A stretch of DNA of 64,000 bases, taken from NCBI GenBank assembly GCA_976551045.1, contig CDPCPM010000011.1, positions 5,642,001 through 5,706,000 of the forward strand, given 5' to 3'. A program made the position numbers and the translations under genes. This DNA is from Glaucostegus cemiculus (taxonomy: Eukaryota). Below the pieces are notes generated by a model. It worked only from the letters and a program-made list of their open reading frames with translations. It had not been told where the DNA came from and did no database searches. This document shows, in pieces, positions 13,380-26,811 of this stretch (the stretch's first letter is position 1; each line of letters starts with the position of its first letter).

Positions 13380-13545
13380 TGTCACAGACAACAATGAGAT
13401 ATTTTAGATACTGGGTAAGGAACTCTCTCTGCTCCTCTTCAACTAATGCCTCAAGATTTTTTTATGACCTCCTGAAGAGGCATTTTAGGATTTGGTTTAA
13501 AGTCTCCCCTGACGAATGCAGCACTCCCTCTGTGCCAGACTGAGG
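13380..13545 (-). mobile_element. Deu-domain SINE fragment (SacSINE1/AmnSINE1-like)
   Basis: Reverse complement reads GAGGGAGTGCTGCATT..TTTAAACC..TCAGGAGGTCATAAAAAAATCTTGAGGCATTAGTTGAAGAGGAGCAGAGAGAGTTC, matching the Deu core as I recall it. Confidence 0.65.
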
Positions 13546-14484
13546 CAAACCTCTAGAAGCAAACTTCTAAAGGCAAACTTAACATTGGTGCATCAGTTGA
13601 ATCAAGTTCCTAGTAATCTTTGATTAGACAACCTGACCAGAAGTCCAAAAAAAATGATTACTGTTTGCTTTGTATTTCGCAAATCAACATTTCTGTAACC
13701 TCCTGAACTAAAATCTAGTTGTTTACATGAAGTTGGAATTTTCGTTTGATTAAATAGGAAACCTAGCAGAATGGACTATATACCACAGTATATTGTCTCT
13801 GTTTGAACCTTCTACCTAATTATACAGGGTCAACATCCTGAAGTTTTATTGGCCCCATCTGAATTCCTGTTGAAAAACTCCACTGGATTTCCTAAAAACT
13901 TATTAAGCTTCACTTCACACTGTTGTATTTATATTGAAGCCTGCGTGAACCCCAAGCTAATCTTACACCACCTCAATTTAATTTAGGTGACTACAGCAGG
14001 TGACAGTGGTGCAAAGTAGAAACCATTTAACTTTGACAAAAACCATGTGGGTTCATAGGCCTATAAATAAATATTAGTCAGAAAGCACTTTCTTGAATTA
14101 TGGAAGCTTACAATTTGACATCTTTACTCCCTAGCTCATTTAAAAAAAACACAGCTCCCTATGGACCCTCCTCTCCAATCTGACCCTAAATTGCCTCCCA
14201 TTGCTAATTGGTTGATTGATTAATAATTTGCAAGTGTGATTTAGACAAATTTTATGCTCCGAAGGGAGAATGCGATGATTCTAAAACAAAGTAATTGTTT
14301 GACTTTGACTCTTTTCCTCAGTTACATCATTTACGAAGCAAATGATTTACCTCAGAGTGACATATCTGCTCTGAAAGAAGACCTGCAACAGGTAATTAGT
14401 GGCTGAAAGCCATCAATTAGACACAAATGGTCACTGGGCGTTAATAAACAAACCCAGTCAGACCTTGAGTTTATCTACAAAAGA

Positions 14485-15150
14485 AAACAAACCTGAGAAA
14501 CAAAAGACTGCAGACGCTGGAATCTGGATGAAAAACATGATAATGCTGGAGGAATTCAGCAGGCCAGGCAGCATCCATGGAGTAAAGCAAGTGGTCGATG
14601 TTTCGTGTCAGGACCTTTCTTCAGGAGGTGGTGTAGGGGCAGGTGTTGCCCCTATGGTGGGGGCAGTGGAAAGTTCCCAGGGTGGGAGTGGGATGGGGGG
14701 TGGGGGGAGGAGGTGTGAACAAGAGAGTTGCGGAGAGAGCGGTCCCTGCAGAAAGCACAGCGGGGTGGGGATAGGAAAATATGCTTGGTCGTGGGGTCCT
14801 GTTGGAGATGGCAGTGGTGGCGGAGAATGACGTATTGGATGCGTAGGCTAGTGGGATGAAATGGGAGGACAAGGGGGACTCTATCCCTGTTGGGTCTGGG
14901 AGGGGTGGGGGTGAGAGCGGAGGTGTGGGAAAAGCAGAGATGTGGGTGTGAGCTCTCCCGACCACAGGCAGGGGGAAGCCCCGGTTAGAAAAGAAGTTGG
15001 CCATCTCGGATGTCCTGGATTGGAAAGCCTCATCATGGGAGCAGATGCAGCGGAGGAGGAGAAATTGAGGAAAAGGGATAGCATCCTTGCAAAGGTAGAG
15101 CAGGAGGACCAGTAATCGAGGTAGCTGTGGGCGTCAGTGAGTTTGTAAAG
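14485..15150 (-). mobile_element. Penelope-like element copy with internal deletion
   Basis: Minus ORFs give LYKLTDAHSYLDYWSSCS, FFSNRGFP and LGTFHCPHHRGNTCPYTTS, collinear with 4620-5125, joined directly to CTGAAGA..GAAAC and the pseudo-LTR tail. Confidence 0.9.
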
Positions 15151-16664
15151 AACAAACCACCCTTCTAAAATCGTAACTTCAATGAAATTACAGAATGAAA
15201 AATAATTATTTGCCACTGTATTGTGGTCTGAATATTCACCACTGGCATCTACATTCTTGTTTGTAAATTGGTGGCTACTTGCTGCACAGCTTCAATAAAT
15301 ACCCTCCCAAACCTCAAATATGAATTCAACAATGTCATACTTATTAAAAGAGACACCACAGCTTATGACATGATACAGGGCACATCCATGAAGAGGAAGG
15401 AAGATAATCTGCCCCTTTCTTGCTCCAAGTTATTCTTAAGGGGAAGGTGCATTTCCATCATTTAATACAAAATGTGATTAAATGCTGGCACCTTCATTCT
15501 TATCCTTGCATCTTAGTTGTGCCTGTTATTGTGTCCAAAATGCAAGGGAGTAAATATTTTATGTAGACCTCCCTTTGACCTATTTGGTGATGGTTGAATA
15601 CCCATTGAGATGAAATGGGTTAGGAAGAAGCTCCAAAATTATAATGCAAAATATATTGATGTATCAGATTAAAATAAAATAAATTCAGGTTGTTCAATGC
15701 CCTACATATGGGATTAATGCTTATCTGACACCTTGAAAAGGATGTTAATTTAAGCCAGCCACAATTTTGTATCAAGTTCAAGAAAGAATACAGAAATAAT
15801 TCTGTAATTAGTAGTTTATCAATGTGAAAGATGGTTAATAAATACACATTTAATTGTGATCTTAATTATTTAAAATGCATGCTGTTCATGGACAGTGAAT
15901 TAAATAGTAGAACAAAAATGTTCATTTTCTACAAACCTGTACATCACAAGGTCACTAACTCATTGGAATCAGATATAAAACCTTTAAGAAGTGTGCCGTG
16001 TGGAAGTGGTTGGATTCATTGTCACCAGATTTGGAACAATACAGAGGCTAACTGAATCAGTGAGCTCAGGAGAAAAATAAAAAATAAACCTAAGTTAATA
16101 ACAATATGAAAAAGGAATTGAGGTAAATCAGTGATATTACATTCTGCAGTGTATCACTATCACAGCACTTTCATAGAAACATCTATTGGGGAAAAAATGT
16201 ACCTGGAGAGTTCAAGTGAAATCAGCGATTTATTCAATTTTCACTCACATAATTAAGGTGAAGGTCTTTCTCTGGTTTATTACTTGAATACCTTAAATCT
16301 TAATTTCTCCAGTGTCGGAGGTCTGGGTTTGGGAAATTGTACTGCTGAGCAAGGTGAAACACATTAATATCTCTCTTTGAAGGTTTGTGTAATAAAATGC
16401 AACAGAATTTCTCTTTTAACAAGGAAAAAAATCAGTATTTCTCTATTATATTACCTTTCAAAGAAAATGAAATAAATTCTTTGGCAACAAAAACACCATT
16501 TATTCTATCAAGCCTGCACCGTCCAATGTTTATGATTATTGTATCATGGATTTCCCTCTTTAAATATAAAATCTGTTTACTAAAAATCAGCCTGCATAAA
16601 TTGGGTATATTTTTGTTAAATTCAGTGTGCAAAATGTCATTTTCAGTAGAGCATGGATGTTAAG

Positions 16665-16795
16665 GAGCAGTGAATAAATATTTAAAGCAGGAAGATGAAG
16701 TGGCCATGGTGAAGCCGTAAAGCAATGAGATTAGTTCTGGGTAAAGAGCTGACACAAATATAATGGGTTGAATGGCTTCCTTCTCTGCTATATAT
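16665..16795 (+). mobile_element. CR1 3' tail remnant
   Basis: GAGCTGACACAAATATAATGGGTTGAATGGCTTCCTTCTCTGCTATA resembles the CR1 tails at ~32370, ~46390 and ~54670. Confidence 0.5.
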
Positions 16796-17644
16796 CTCCC
16801 AGTTCCAGAAATATCATATTGCCAATTTCTTCCACTTAGACACGTGTTTTGTCCAGATCTTTCCAGCTTGTTGTTCCTCCCACTAAAAGTTTTATGATTA
16901 CATAAATTTTTATCAAGCTGAATCCTATTTTCAGCACATTTCCACCACTTTCAGAGGAAAGAATATCGTATTCATACAAAGAAAGGTAAAATCAAATGAA
17001 GATACCAAGTACTCAAGTTTGGATTATTCCATGTTTGGAGGAACTGCATCCAAATTTTGGTCATGGATTTAAACTCCAGAACCAACTCAGTGCAACTTTT
17101 CATGTACTCATGAGGAACTACAACAGGAATGTTGAATAAATGACACATGTTTTAACTACTGCTCTCTCCAGTCCACTATTTTCCCTTTCCCTTCCCCACA
17201 AAGGATCGAAAATAAGAATTAAATTAAATATGAAAGTGATTGATGAGTATCACTCATTCCCCCCAGGTGCACTATTTAGTTTCCCTTTTGTTCGTAAAAA
17301 ATATACTGCTGTGCTATTTTTGTTTTATCAAAGCCTCAGACATGACAGAGTATGCTGATTAATAGAGAGTATAAGGGATTTTTCAAAGATTTATTTAAGT
17401 GTCCTATTATGATTAAAGAAAAAGACATTGAAATTCCTCCATCACATTTCTATGTTCTGCACTACTTTTGAAAGGCAAAGAGCAAATAAGTCAGTCCACA
17501 CATTCATTTGAAAAGTACTTATTGTTATGGGTGATGATATTGAGAAAAAGTCCCAGTTTCTGTGGTGAATCAGACATGATTGGAAGTGGCTATCTGATTA
17601 AATAAATTCTGCAAATAAACACAAAAGAAATTTTAAAAATTATG

Positions 17645-17795
17645 CAGCTTCTTTCATGTCAATTCATGATGTCCCAAAATGTTTTACCACCATTCTTGAA
17701 GTACTTCTTGAATACTTCTTGAAGTGGAACCTCTATTGCAATGTAGGAAACACAGCAGCCAATTTGTTCATAGCAAGTTTCCATAAACATCAATG
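17645..17795 (-). mobile_element. Deu-SINE 3' tail fragment
   Basis: GATGTCCCAAAATGTTTTAC..GAAGTACTT..AATGTAGGAAACACAGCAGCCAATTTG..AGCAAG is the antisense of the SacSINE1/AmnSINE-type tail. Confidence 0.6.
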
Positions 17796-19588
17796 CAAAT
17801 ACACTCACCAAAAGCAAAGTTCAGTATTTATCAGTACAGTGCTCAAGCAAACTCTGCAAATGTACTAGGAATTATTTCTTAAAGATGTGAGATGTAAGAG
17901 TATTTCTTTTCTTGAGTCCACACCTCTAGACCTCCAAAGAAATTTCATTTCTAAAGGATTTCCAAATAATATAAACAAACACGATTTCTCTTGGTGAGCA
18001 TTTGATACTGTGCTTATTCAAGTATTCTATAATACAACTGAATAACTTATTTTGTGTATAAAATTCATGGGAAAACATTTAGATACTTAACATCAGACTC
18101 CGCTCTGGCCAATAACAGCTTGCATGTGCAAACAATAACTTATTTTAAATTCCTGTCTTCCTTCCAATTTTCATCTCTTCTGAATTTCAAGCTTTAACGA
18201 GTAAACATTTTGCTGATGGCAACACATCACCTTGACCCAAAAGTTTTTTCAGGCCAGAATGCCACAGAGGGCCAGGAAAAGTAACCATCTCTAGCCAATT
18301 GACCAACCAATATATCTACCATGTAATGTTCTTCTTTCAAAAAACAACTCATCTTCCTAGATCTCTCAATCTGAGGAGCTCACATTCCATTTAATACAAA
18401 CATTGGTGGATTAGTAACCAGCCACAAAGCTGCAACACTCTCTTGCTTTGCAGTTTATAGTTCTCAAGCTGAATTCTCACTCAGCTGCCTGGGGTGGAAT
18501 ATCCAGAATGAAGCTGATTGTGATTTGCCCACTTAAAGCAGCTGGCTGCTAATTGGAGTCAAATACAGGATAACAGAGGCAGGGTACTGAGCTCTTTGCA
18601 AAACTGCTGAGCTCTCATACTGCCCTTTCTTATTATTTAGTGGAGCAGAAGAAGGAATATAAAAAAAATGTGGCATTTAATCCAGTGAATGCATGTGCCT
18701 CCACGTGACTGTCAGGCAGTTTCTGGTGCACTAGTACAGGAGCAGTGGAGTGTGTAATGTCTAAGCTGTTCATAAACTTCATAATACAGTATCAAGGTGT
18801 ATCTTAGGCCATACATTATAAATGAGAAGTGAATTACTTTCTCCATTACTAATGGATGACTAGGGGATTGGCAGCTCGGTGCTGGGCTCTGCCAGCAGGG
18901 TTCTCACTGAATGATAGCCTCACTAACTCACCTTAGAAATCGGTCCGCGTGACAGACACCGCACATTCAGCACTAGCTGACTTATTTCTTCCTTAAATTA
19001 TTGGATTTTAAAAAGGCAACGACTGCCTAAGGTGAGGAATTCAACTTTCTGCTCCCTAGAAGTAGACACTAAAATTAGGTTAGAATTTAAGCAAAAAGCG
19101 GAACAGACTTTTTAATGCATCAGAAGATATGTATTGTTTATCATGCTTACATTTTAAAACACAATTACAATTTGGCCATAAAAACTGGAATTATAAAACT
19201 AGAATTCTGCCTGTGAAAACGTAACAATCAATTATTCATTGATTGGAGAATCTCCATTCCAACTTATACCTTGCTGACCATTTACACTTACAAGGCATCT
19301 ATCTTAATTGGCATCAAAGCCCAAACACTTCAAGCTTTTAAAACAAAACAATCATATTTGCATTTAATTCCATGCTAAAAATTGTTCTAAATCAAAGGTC
19401 AAGTTGTATAGGAACTTTATTTATCACAAAGCACCAGACTCCATTCAAACTGTCTCATGATTTAGTTTAGCAGAAGCAACTGCCAGCTTTGTACTGTGGT
19501 AATACTGCACTTGGAGATCAGATCTGAGCTGAAATTGGCTGAAACTTGACCTGTGAAATGCAGTACATCTCAGCAGGTTTATTCATGA

Positions 19589-19650
19589 TGAATCAGTGCC
19601 AGTGTAACCGTGACCACCTCAGAGATCGATTTCAAACTGGCACTGATTCA
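19589..19650. repeat. Perfect 15-bp inverted repeat with 32-bp spacer
   Basis: TGAATCAGTGCCAGT (19589-19603) and ACTGGCACTGATTCA (19636-19650). Confidence 0.9.
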
Positions 19651-22600
19651 GATATGCATCAATTTAATCTGACCGTGAATTAGCATTCTACCTTGAAACG
19701 CTGCATTTAGTTTATTCCTCCTCTTTTCCATTGTTGCCACCATTTGGTCTTCAACAAATAAAAGGCAGATGGAACAGAAAGCCCAGACCACCAGAAACAA
19801 GGATACAACCTCCTGTTAATGCAGTGGCTGGCGCTGAAAAATCATTATCACTATAGATCAGCAAAGGAAGTAGATTGTAACCAGTCCAGATATACCAGTG
19901 TAATTTACTTGTACTTTCTTCTTCCAAACTGAATGCAAGCTTTTAAAATAATTTTAAAACTGCTTATGCTCAGGTTCCCACTCAACTGTCAGCGCAGTTG
20001 CACCGTATTAATGTAATTTAGTGCTGATCAAGCAGTGGCAGATTCATACCAGGGACGAAGACTGGCCTTTATTCATGTACTACAGCCAAATAATGTGTAC
20101 TTAGGGGACAAGAATAAGGTACAATTTATTCTCCACAACATCAAACATGTGCATTGCCCCCCAGTAATAGAAAAGCCTTTTCAATTGGCACAATGTAACA
20201 TTTCCGGTTCCAATGCCAGCTATCCAGGTGCCTTGAATTATGGGCAGTGTTGTGCTCAGGAGTTGGGAAGAGCCCAATTTATGTTGACTCAGATCCCAGC
20301 TGACTTTGATAGGGGAAAGCTTTAAACTCTTCATCTTGACTGGAGTTGGATTTGACCTTGAAAATGAAAGGATGATGTAATATTGCAATGTTCATATTGA
20401 TTAAAGGAAGATTAACTATTCAATTTCAGCATCTTGGGCATGCATCAGCTACTTGCTTCCACCTCTCGAAAAGTGGTCTCGGAGTCCTTCCTTATTTATT
20501 GAACTGCATCCAATTTACATTTGGTTTCAATGAAGCATAGGACAACCACCTAAGGCAATGATCTGGTTAAAAATTGGTAATGTTATCTGTAAGAATGCCA
20601 GAAAACGCAATTGAGTCTGGTATTCACTCCAAGTATTTAGACCTTCTGAACACCCCATTTTCTATGACAGGAATGACAACCCAATGTAAAACAATTCCAA
20701 ATTAGGGTCTTTTATATTTTTTATCTGTGAATAATTTCCTCCAGACTAGTCTTTTCAGTAGGACTATCTCTTCTCATCATCAGTGCTGTGGTGATAGTGC
20801 TTTATTGATAATATTATTACAAAACCCTAACTTTATCTGATCACTTCAAAGTCTATGCGTCAGAAATAAATTGTTTAAATCAATATGAAATTTTCAGTTC
20901 TATTCAGCTTCAGTGGAGATGCTGGCTTCCTCTTTGCTCTCAGGGGCTGCTAAACAATGATAAAGAGAACGCATTAAATGGAAACACCAGTTTGTACTAA
21001 AAAATCTATGAAACTGTAATTTGTTCAATGAAGATTACTTTCATAAGTAGACTGAGGTCAACAGACTTGCAATTTACATAATTGTTTGAATTGTCAGCTG
21101 AAGAAGAAGAGGGGATTGAACAGACAACCCTCTCTCTCCCCACCATTGGAAAAAGACTGAAAAATGACTTCAATCTGTGATAATGAGGGTTATAGTGGTG
21201 GAAAAAATGAATCAGAGAAAGAATAAAGTGGAAGTAGTAACACTGAAATGTGCAGAAGACAGCAAGCTGAAAACATACATGGTATTTTGAAAGATTCTGA
21301 AGAGACCTCTTACAAGAGGAGGTAGAGATAAGGTCAGCAAGCCAGCTGGGGCTCGGAGGTGCAGTTTGATTAAATTCAAATTGCTTAAAACCTATTGACC
21401 TAAAAACTAGATTGCAACCAAATCTCAATTATGTGCAGATCGGTAGGTGGTAAGGGAAGCTGCTGCACCACTTTGGTGACCATTTTATTAACACTTGGGG
21501 CTGGGTGCTGAAGTTCAAGTTTGAGTTGAATCCTGATATTGAATTTTAGTTCTTGAATTTCTAAACAAAATTATAAGTCTAGCAGTCTTCAATTTTATTT
21601 TTTTTTTATCAACCTACTCATGCAAAGTAAAATCTCCATCCTCTCTCAATGAGCTGCATGAGTTCTTGAATCTGTTGTGCAGTGAAAAAGTTGAACTCAC
21701 CATTTATCCAACAGGCTGCAGATCCCGGTACAGTGGGCATGTATTGCTAACAATGGAATTGATACACAATCAGCTCTCTGAGCAAGGGTGCCTGGCAGAT
21801 GTCTGTTGGGGCTGAGTGTTAAAGCTCTTTCCACAGCTGGAGACAGTTACGTCAAGTGCTTTATGTATTTACAGACAATGAAATATCCCTGTTGGCACTG
21901 GACACCAATAGAATCCAAGTTTTTTTTTTCAGCACCAGGATAAAAGGACTGCCAATGGCAGAAAGACAAGGAAGACAGGCTGTAAAATAGTGGTCAGATG
22001 GGAAAAGCAATAAACAGTAAAAATTCTCTTGAAATGCTTTTTAAATGGAGAGTTTGAATCCTGGCCCACTGAGGACATGATTACAACTGCACGGATGGAA
22101 TGACCTATGACTTTTAATGCAAATTATCTCACTGGCTTAGTAATGATGTTGTCTGTTTCACAAAACATTAAATATTGGGCATGGATTGCTAATTCCTTGC
22201 CTTCTGTCCATAAAGCTGTTTTCCAAATTGGTGTGACTCTGAAATGGTGCTACAAACACATGTTAGATGATGAAAGCACTGTTCAATGTAAAGTTTTGCG
22301 CTCTTTTATGAATCTCTCACTATAACAAATGGTTTTATATGCCTTTTAGGAAGACATTTTCCATCAAAATGAAGAAATGACCTTCCTAAAACAGATCTCT
22401 GTCACGAAGAGGTAATTTGTTAGTCTCCCTGATTGCAGAGACTCATTAAACGTATATCAGAAAAAAACAAAAGCAGCCAAGAACCCTGCTGCGGTACATC
22501 TCTGACATTTAGTTCAGTTCTAAGCACTCGGTCAAGTCCCTTTCTACATTCAAAATGAGCATTAGCTGCTCATTTTTTTCAAGGCCCATTACTATTTTGT

Positions 22601-22704
22601 TCATAGCAGCGATGTGTACTGATATGAAACCCTGAATGTTGTAAAACATCTGAAACAAAAGTTGACACTGTTGAAACAGAAGGTGCTAGATACTATTCCA
22701 GATG

Positions 22705-23580
22705 ACCAAAAGATGGGTTTGAGCAATTCATTTTAAGGAAGGTCTAAAGGACACTGCAGAAGTGGAGAGGTCCAGACCAAAAGTTTCAGAGCACAGAGCC
22801 GTGGCACCTGATTGGTCCACCACCAATGATTCAGTCATGCAAAGCAGGGTTCCTGATGAAGCTAGGAACAGCTCAGTGAGTTGAAAGCCCCAGAGGGAAA
22901 TCACAGATGTAGGGAGGAGTAAGGTTATAAAGGAGGTTGTAAATAAGAAACTTAAAACTGAGATGTTGCTCAACTGGGAAATGATTTTGATCCTGAATGG
23001 AGCAACAAACAAGATAGATGTGAGTTTGGACAAAGGGAGCAATGGTTTGGATGATCTGGAGTTTGTAGAAGATAAGGTATGGGAGGACAGCCAGGTGTGT
23101 GCAGGAATGGTCCAAACTAGAGATAATAAAGTCATGGAGAGAGTTTCAGCATCAGATGGGGTGAGCACAGGGATGAGAAATTGGAGATGATCAAGGATAT
23201 ATCCCTGGGAGTCAGCAGCGAACTTGCAGCAGCAGGAAGAGGAGCAACATATTCTTTGGCTGTTACAGGATAGACAGGATTGGAGCCAGTTGAATGCAGA
23301 CAATGAGAGAAAGGATTGGGAGATGAGAGGTAGGGTCTACCACATCAAAGTGAATATTGGTCAAACAGTTCAAAGAGGGTTAATTAACCTTTGCAACAGT
23401 TACAATTATGACTTTGATAAGAGCTGTTTCACTACAATGGCAGGGTGGAAACCTGACTGGAGAAATTCAAACATGAGAGTTCTGGGAAAGATGGACGAGG
23501 ATTCAGAAGGCAACAGCATGTCCAAGGACTTTGCGGAAGAATGGGATGCTGGATATGGGAAGGTGGTTTCCAAGGATACC
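22705..23580 (-). mobile_element. Degenerate L2 LINE (RT fragment plus ORF2 C-terminus)
   Basis: LTPSDAETL; YKLQIIQTIA..FPVEQHLSFKFLIYNLLYNLTPPY resembles KLQLIQNSAA..LPVxQRIxFK..LAPPY. 23410-23560 matches the L2 SKVL..QSGFRPxHSTETALIKV region. Confidence 0.85.
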
Positions 23581-25689
23581 TGAACGTTCCTCTAGTAAAC
23601 TCTTCTTTTGTGATCTGACTGTCACCCATGCATGCGGCAAGCAGCTACATTTGGCTTGAGAAATCATGCTTCATTGACCATGACCATGCAGGGACTACTT
23701 CAGCTAAAGTGCCTTGGTTCCAAAGTAGTGACTCAGGCCTCTATTAAGGAATGAATCAAACAACAGGTTCAATGCTCTGACCTTCCATGGACAAAATGCA
23801 TCTTGTTCCCATACTGAAGTTTCAAATAGACTTAAATAAAACAATTTGCAGAATTGATAGGGTGGTAATTCTGCAATGGATTCCCCCATTTATCTGGTTT
23901 TGGCATTGATGATCACCAAAAACGTATCTAAAATGCTTGCATTTAATGGACAAATATAAAATCTTTCATACCTTTGTCTTCAAACACCAGGAAGCAAACA
24001 CATGATCTACTGAACCTTTTATTGGGTTGACCCAATTTACAATTCCTCACCTCCTCCCAGAATGGGTTTAATTTAAATAACTCAAACAAATTCAATCTCA
24101 GAAAAGGTTTGGTTTTTGGGCATATGTGTATTTATTTAAGATTATAGTCTTAAATCCAAATTAAAATGTTCTAACTCCAAGTTGGTAAAAGCTGTTTGCT
24201 AGATTTAGTACCAGATTTAGACTAAGACAATAATGAATGATATATTTCAGGTGCTTCTAGTTGCCAGCCCGAGATCTATATACAGATAAGAAAAGGGCCA
24301 CTGTAACATTAGTAGCCAGCAAAATGTCATTCTCCAGCTATAGAAACAGATACAGGTAATAAAAGTGCCAGAATAACACTGCATTGCTTCTGTTAGCCAG
24401 AAAGGAGCTGCTTCCAAGTTGTATTACTTCTATAAAATTTTGCATGTAGTATACTGTTAAATACGGCAAACAAAGTTAACAATTCAGCTCCAGAATGTAG
24501 TACATCAAAAAGAATAAACATCATCAAAATGAGTGGTGTTGCCACTGCTGCTCACTAAATTGTTCTTAAAAACAAAGTTATCAAGGTTTAAAAGAATTAC
24601 TCGTGCTGCCCGTGTGAAGTGCTGGCCATGGTTTAGAAGAAATCAATAATTTCTCTGCATTAATGTAAGAGATAATAGCTCCTGTCTGATAAATCTCACT
24701 CTGCGTTCATTGTGATACCCTGATCCTAATCAGCATGAGGCTCAGTTACTGACATCATTGATTTTGAGGCTCAAGGATTCATAGCATCATGCTGACAAAG
24801 GACAGAAAACCCAAAGCATTTCAGACATGTAATCTTTCTCTTTAAATCTGTGCACTAACCCTTGTCCAATCCCTACTTATTTGCAATCCTATTGAAAGTT
24901 ATATAAAAAAAAACAAACATGGTGTCCAGGAAGGTCAGATGAGTTTTGGGTCATTCATCAAATTTTTGCCACAATTATTGCTAAGAAGTGGATAACAATG
25001 CATGCATAGAGGCAATTAATAAAAAAGATGAATATTTTCAACAAGAATTTGACTCTAATTTATCTACTGACACCAGAACGATAAATTGTGTAGAGACCTC
25101 TTTCACATGGTAAACTCTGAGATCCAAACAAATGTCTTCTTATTGTGCCCAGCAGAGAACTGGACTGAAGTAAAGGGATACCAACTTCCAAACTAAACAG
25201 AAATTCTTTATATAGATAGTGCTATAGTTAGATGTATTATAACTAAAACTTCTTATTCACTGCTAACCTTTCATAAAGGATGTTGATTATTAGATCCTTA
25301 CAAAATACTTACATGGTACATTGCTACATTCTCATTTCTGAAAATGTTTCATTATCATCTGCCTCAACTTTATGTACACTGATTGCACACATACATCTTG
25401 GGCTAGAAATTGCTTTGCTACCTATTAATGACTTTAAAATAGCACCAAGAGTCAGCCAACACTGTTTCTCAAAGTCCTGTACAGACTGAGATCGTCAGTT
25501 GTGAGGTTAAGAGAACAGAATTGTCAGGTCTCATTGTGTCGGCTCCTGCATAATGTTCTTCAGTGCAAGCTCTTGCATTTAGCCCCGCAGATGTGTTTCC
25601 CTGTAGCCGGCACTTCCATTGCAGGCTTCACCAAAGTGCAGTCATACCACGTTACAAGCAACATCCTTCCAGCTACAGAGGAATGTTGC

Positions 25690-25880
25690 TACAAAACTGA
25701 TGAATGCTACAAGCATGATTGGGCAGGGGGAGAGCTCCCAGAGGGTTAGACCTGGATAGCGGAAGATAGCCATGAGGACACGCAGCACGGCCACAGCTAG
25801 GAGATGGCCGAGAAGATTGCCAGTGAGATCTCTGTAAGGTCAGGAGTACAGTCCATGAATGGATGCAACTTCCCTCGTTT
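25690..25880 (+). mobile_element. Harbinger-type Myb/SANT gene remnant
   Basis: GRGRAPRGLD then EKIASEISVRS and (frameshifted) WMQ; parallels GQGKRAPKF..W*EVV..VSS at 35890-36030. Confidence 0.45.
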
Positions 25881-26811
25881 GCTTTACCTGCCCCTGTGGG
25901 TTGAAGGAAAAGTAGCTGAAGTATTATTCTTGTTACATGTGGCATTTGGGCGATCTCCCTAACGCAGCAGTGAGTAGCAAACTGGGGAATCTGGCTGAGA
26001 TCAACACCTCCAGTATGGAATGAACCTCAGGATGGTAAGCTCAGAATGATCATGATCTTGACCTCCACCATTTCAAAAGGAGGACTGTAGTCATTGCAAT
26101 GAACATCCAAAGACAATCACTTGTGATAGGTTTAACCAAACGTCCAATACTAATCTCCATCAATTTCAAACACGAGAAGAAATGGGATGTCACGAAATCC
26201 ATACTGAGTCTGATATAATTTCTAAGAACGATGTGATTGGATCATTGCTCTGCTGAAGACAATAGGCAAGTAGCAGCACAATGCTGGAGAATCCGAATGT
26301 GACCAAGTGAGATTTTTTTTAACCCTGCAGGATGCTCACAGGCTTGTTCATGTCATTTCATATTGCCTTTGGAACTTCCTTTTCAAAAGTAAAATATTAC
26401 ATGAAATGTTTTTAAATATCCAACAGAAACATTTTGCAAGCAAGATACAAGCTCAGAAAGTGCTGGAGAAAAGCACAAATTAAATGTATAAATAATGGGA
26501 CAAACACAATTGAACAGAGAATCTGTTTCCAGAGGAAAAAAAACCATACATATTGGCTTGTTTTCTGTGCTGTAGTGTTCTATGGTTCTACTGCATTCAA
26601 ATGATGTCAAAATTTTAATACCAGGAATTCAGATAGAACATTGCAAAATGTAAAGTAAGTTTTGGTGGACACACTTGTAAATTTAAATATTCTGCTTTCT
26701 ATTTCTCTTATTATAGTCTCAAGGCAGGCTATTAGCCCATAGGGTCCAAACTGAACAATTCCATCAGTCCCATTCCCCTTCCTCTTTCTGCTGCAGCCTA
26801 CAACTTTAATT

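Noticed and set aside
11382-17143. Exact 17-bp direct repeat GAATGTTGAATAAATGA at 11382 and 17127
   Set aside because: AT-rich with no flanking similarity; plausible by chance in 64 kb.
22728-23583. 191-aa and 119-aa ORFs
   Set aside because: Off-frame or antisense readings of a decayed L2.
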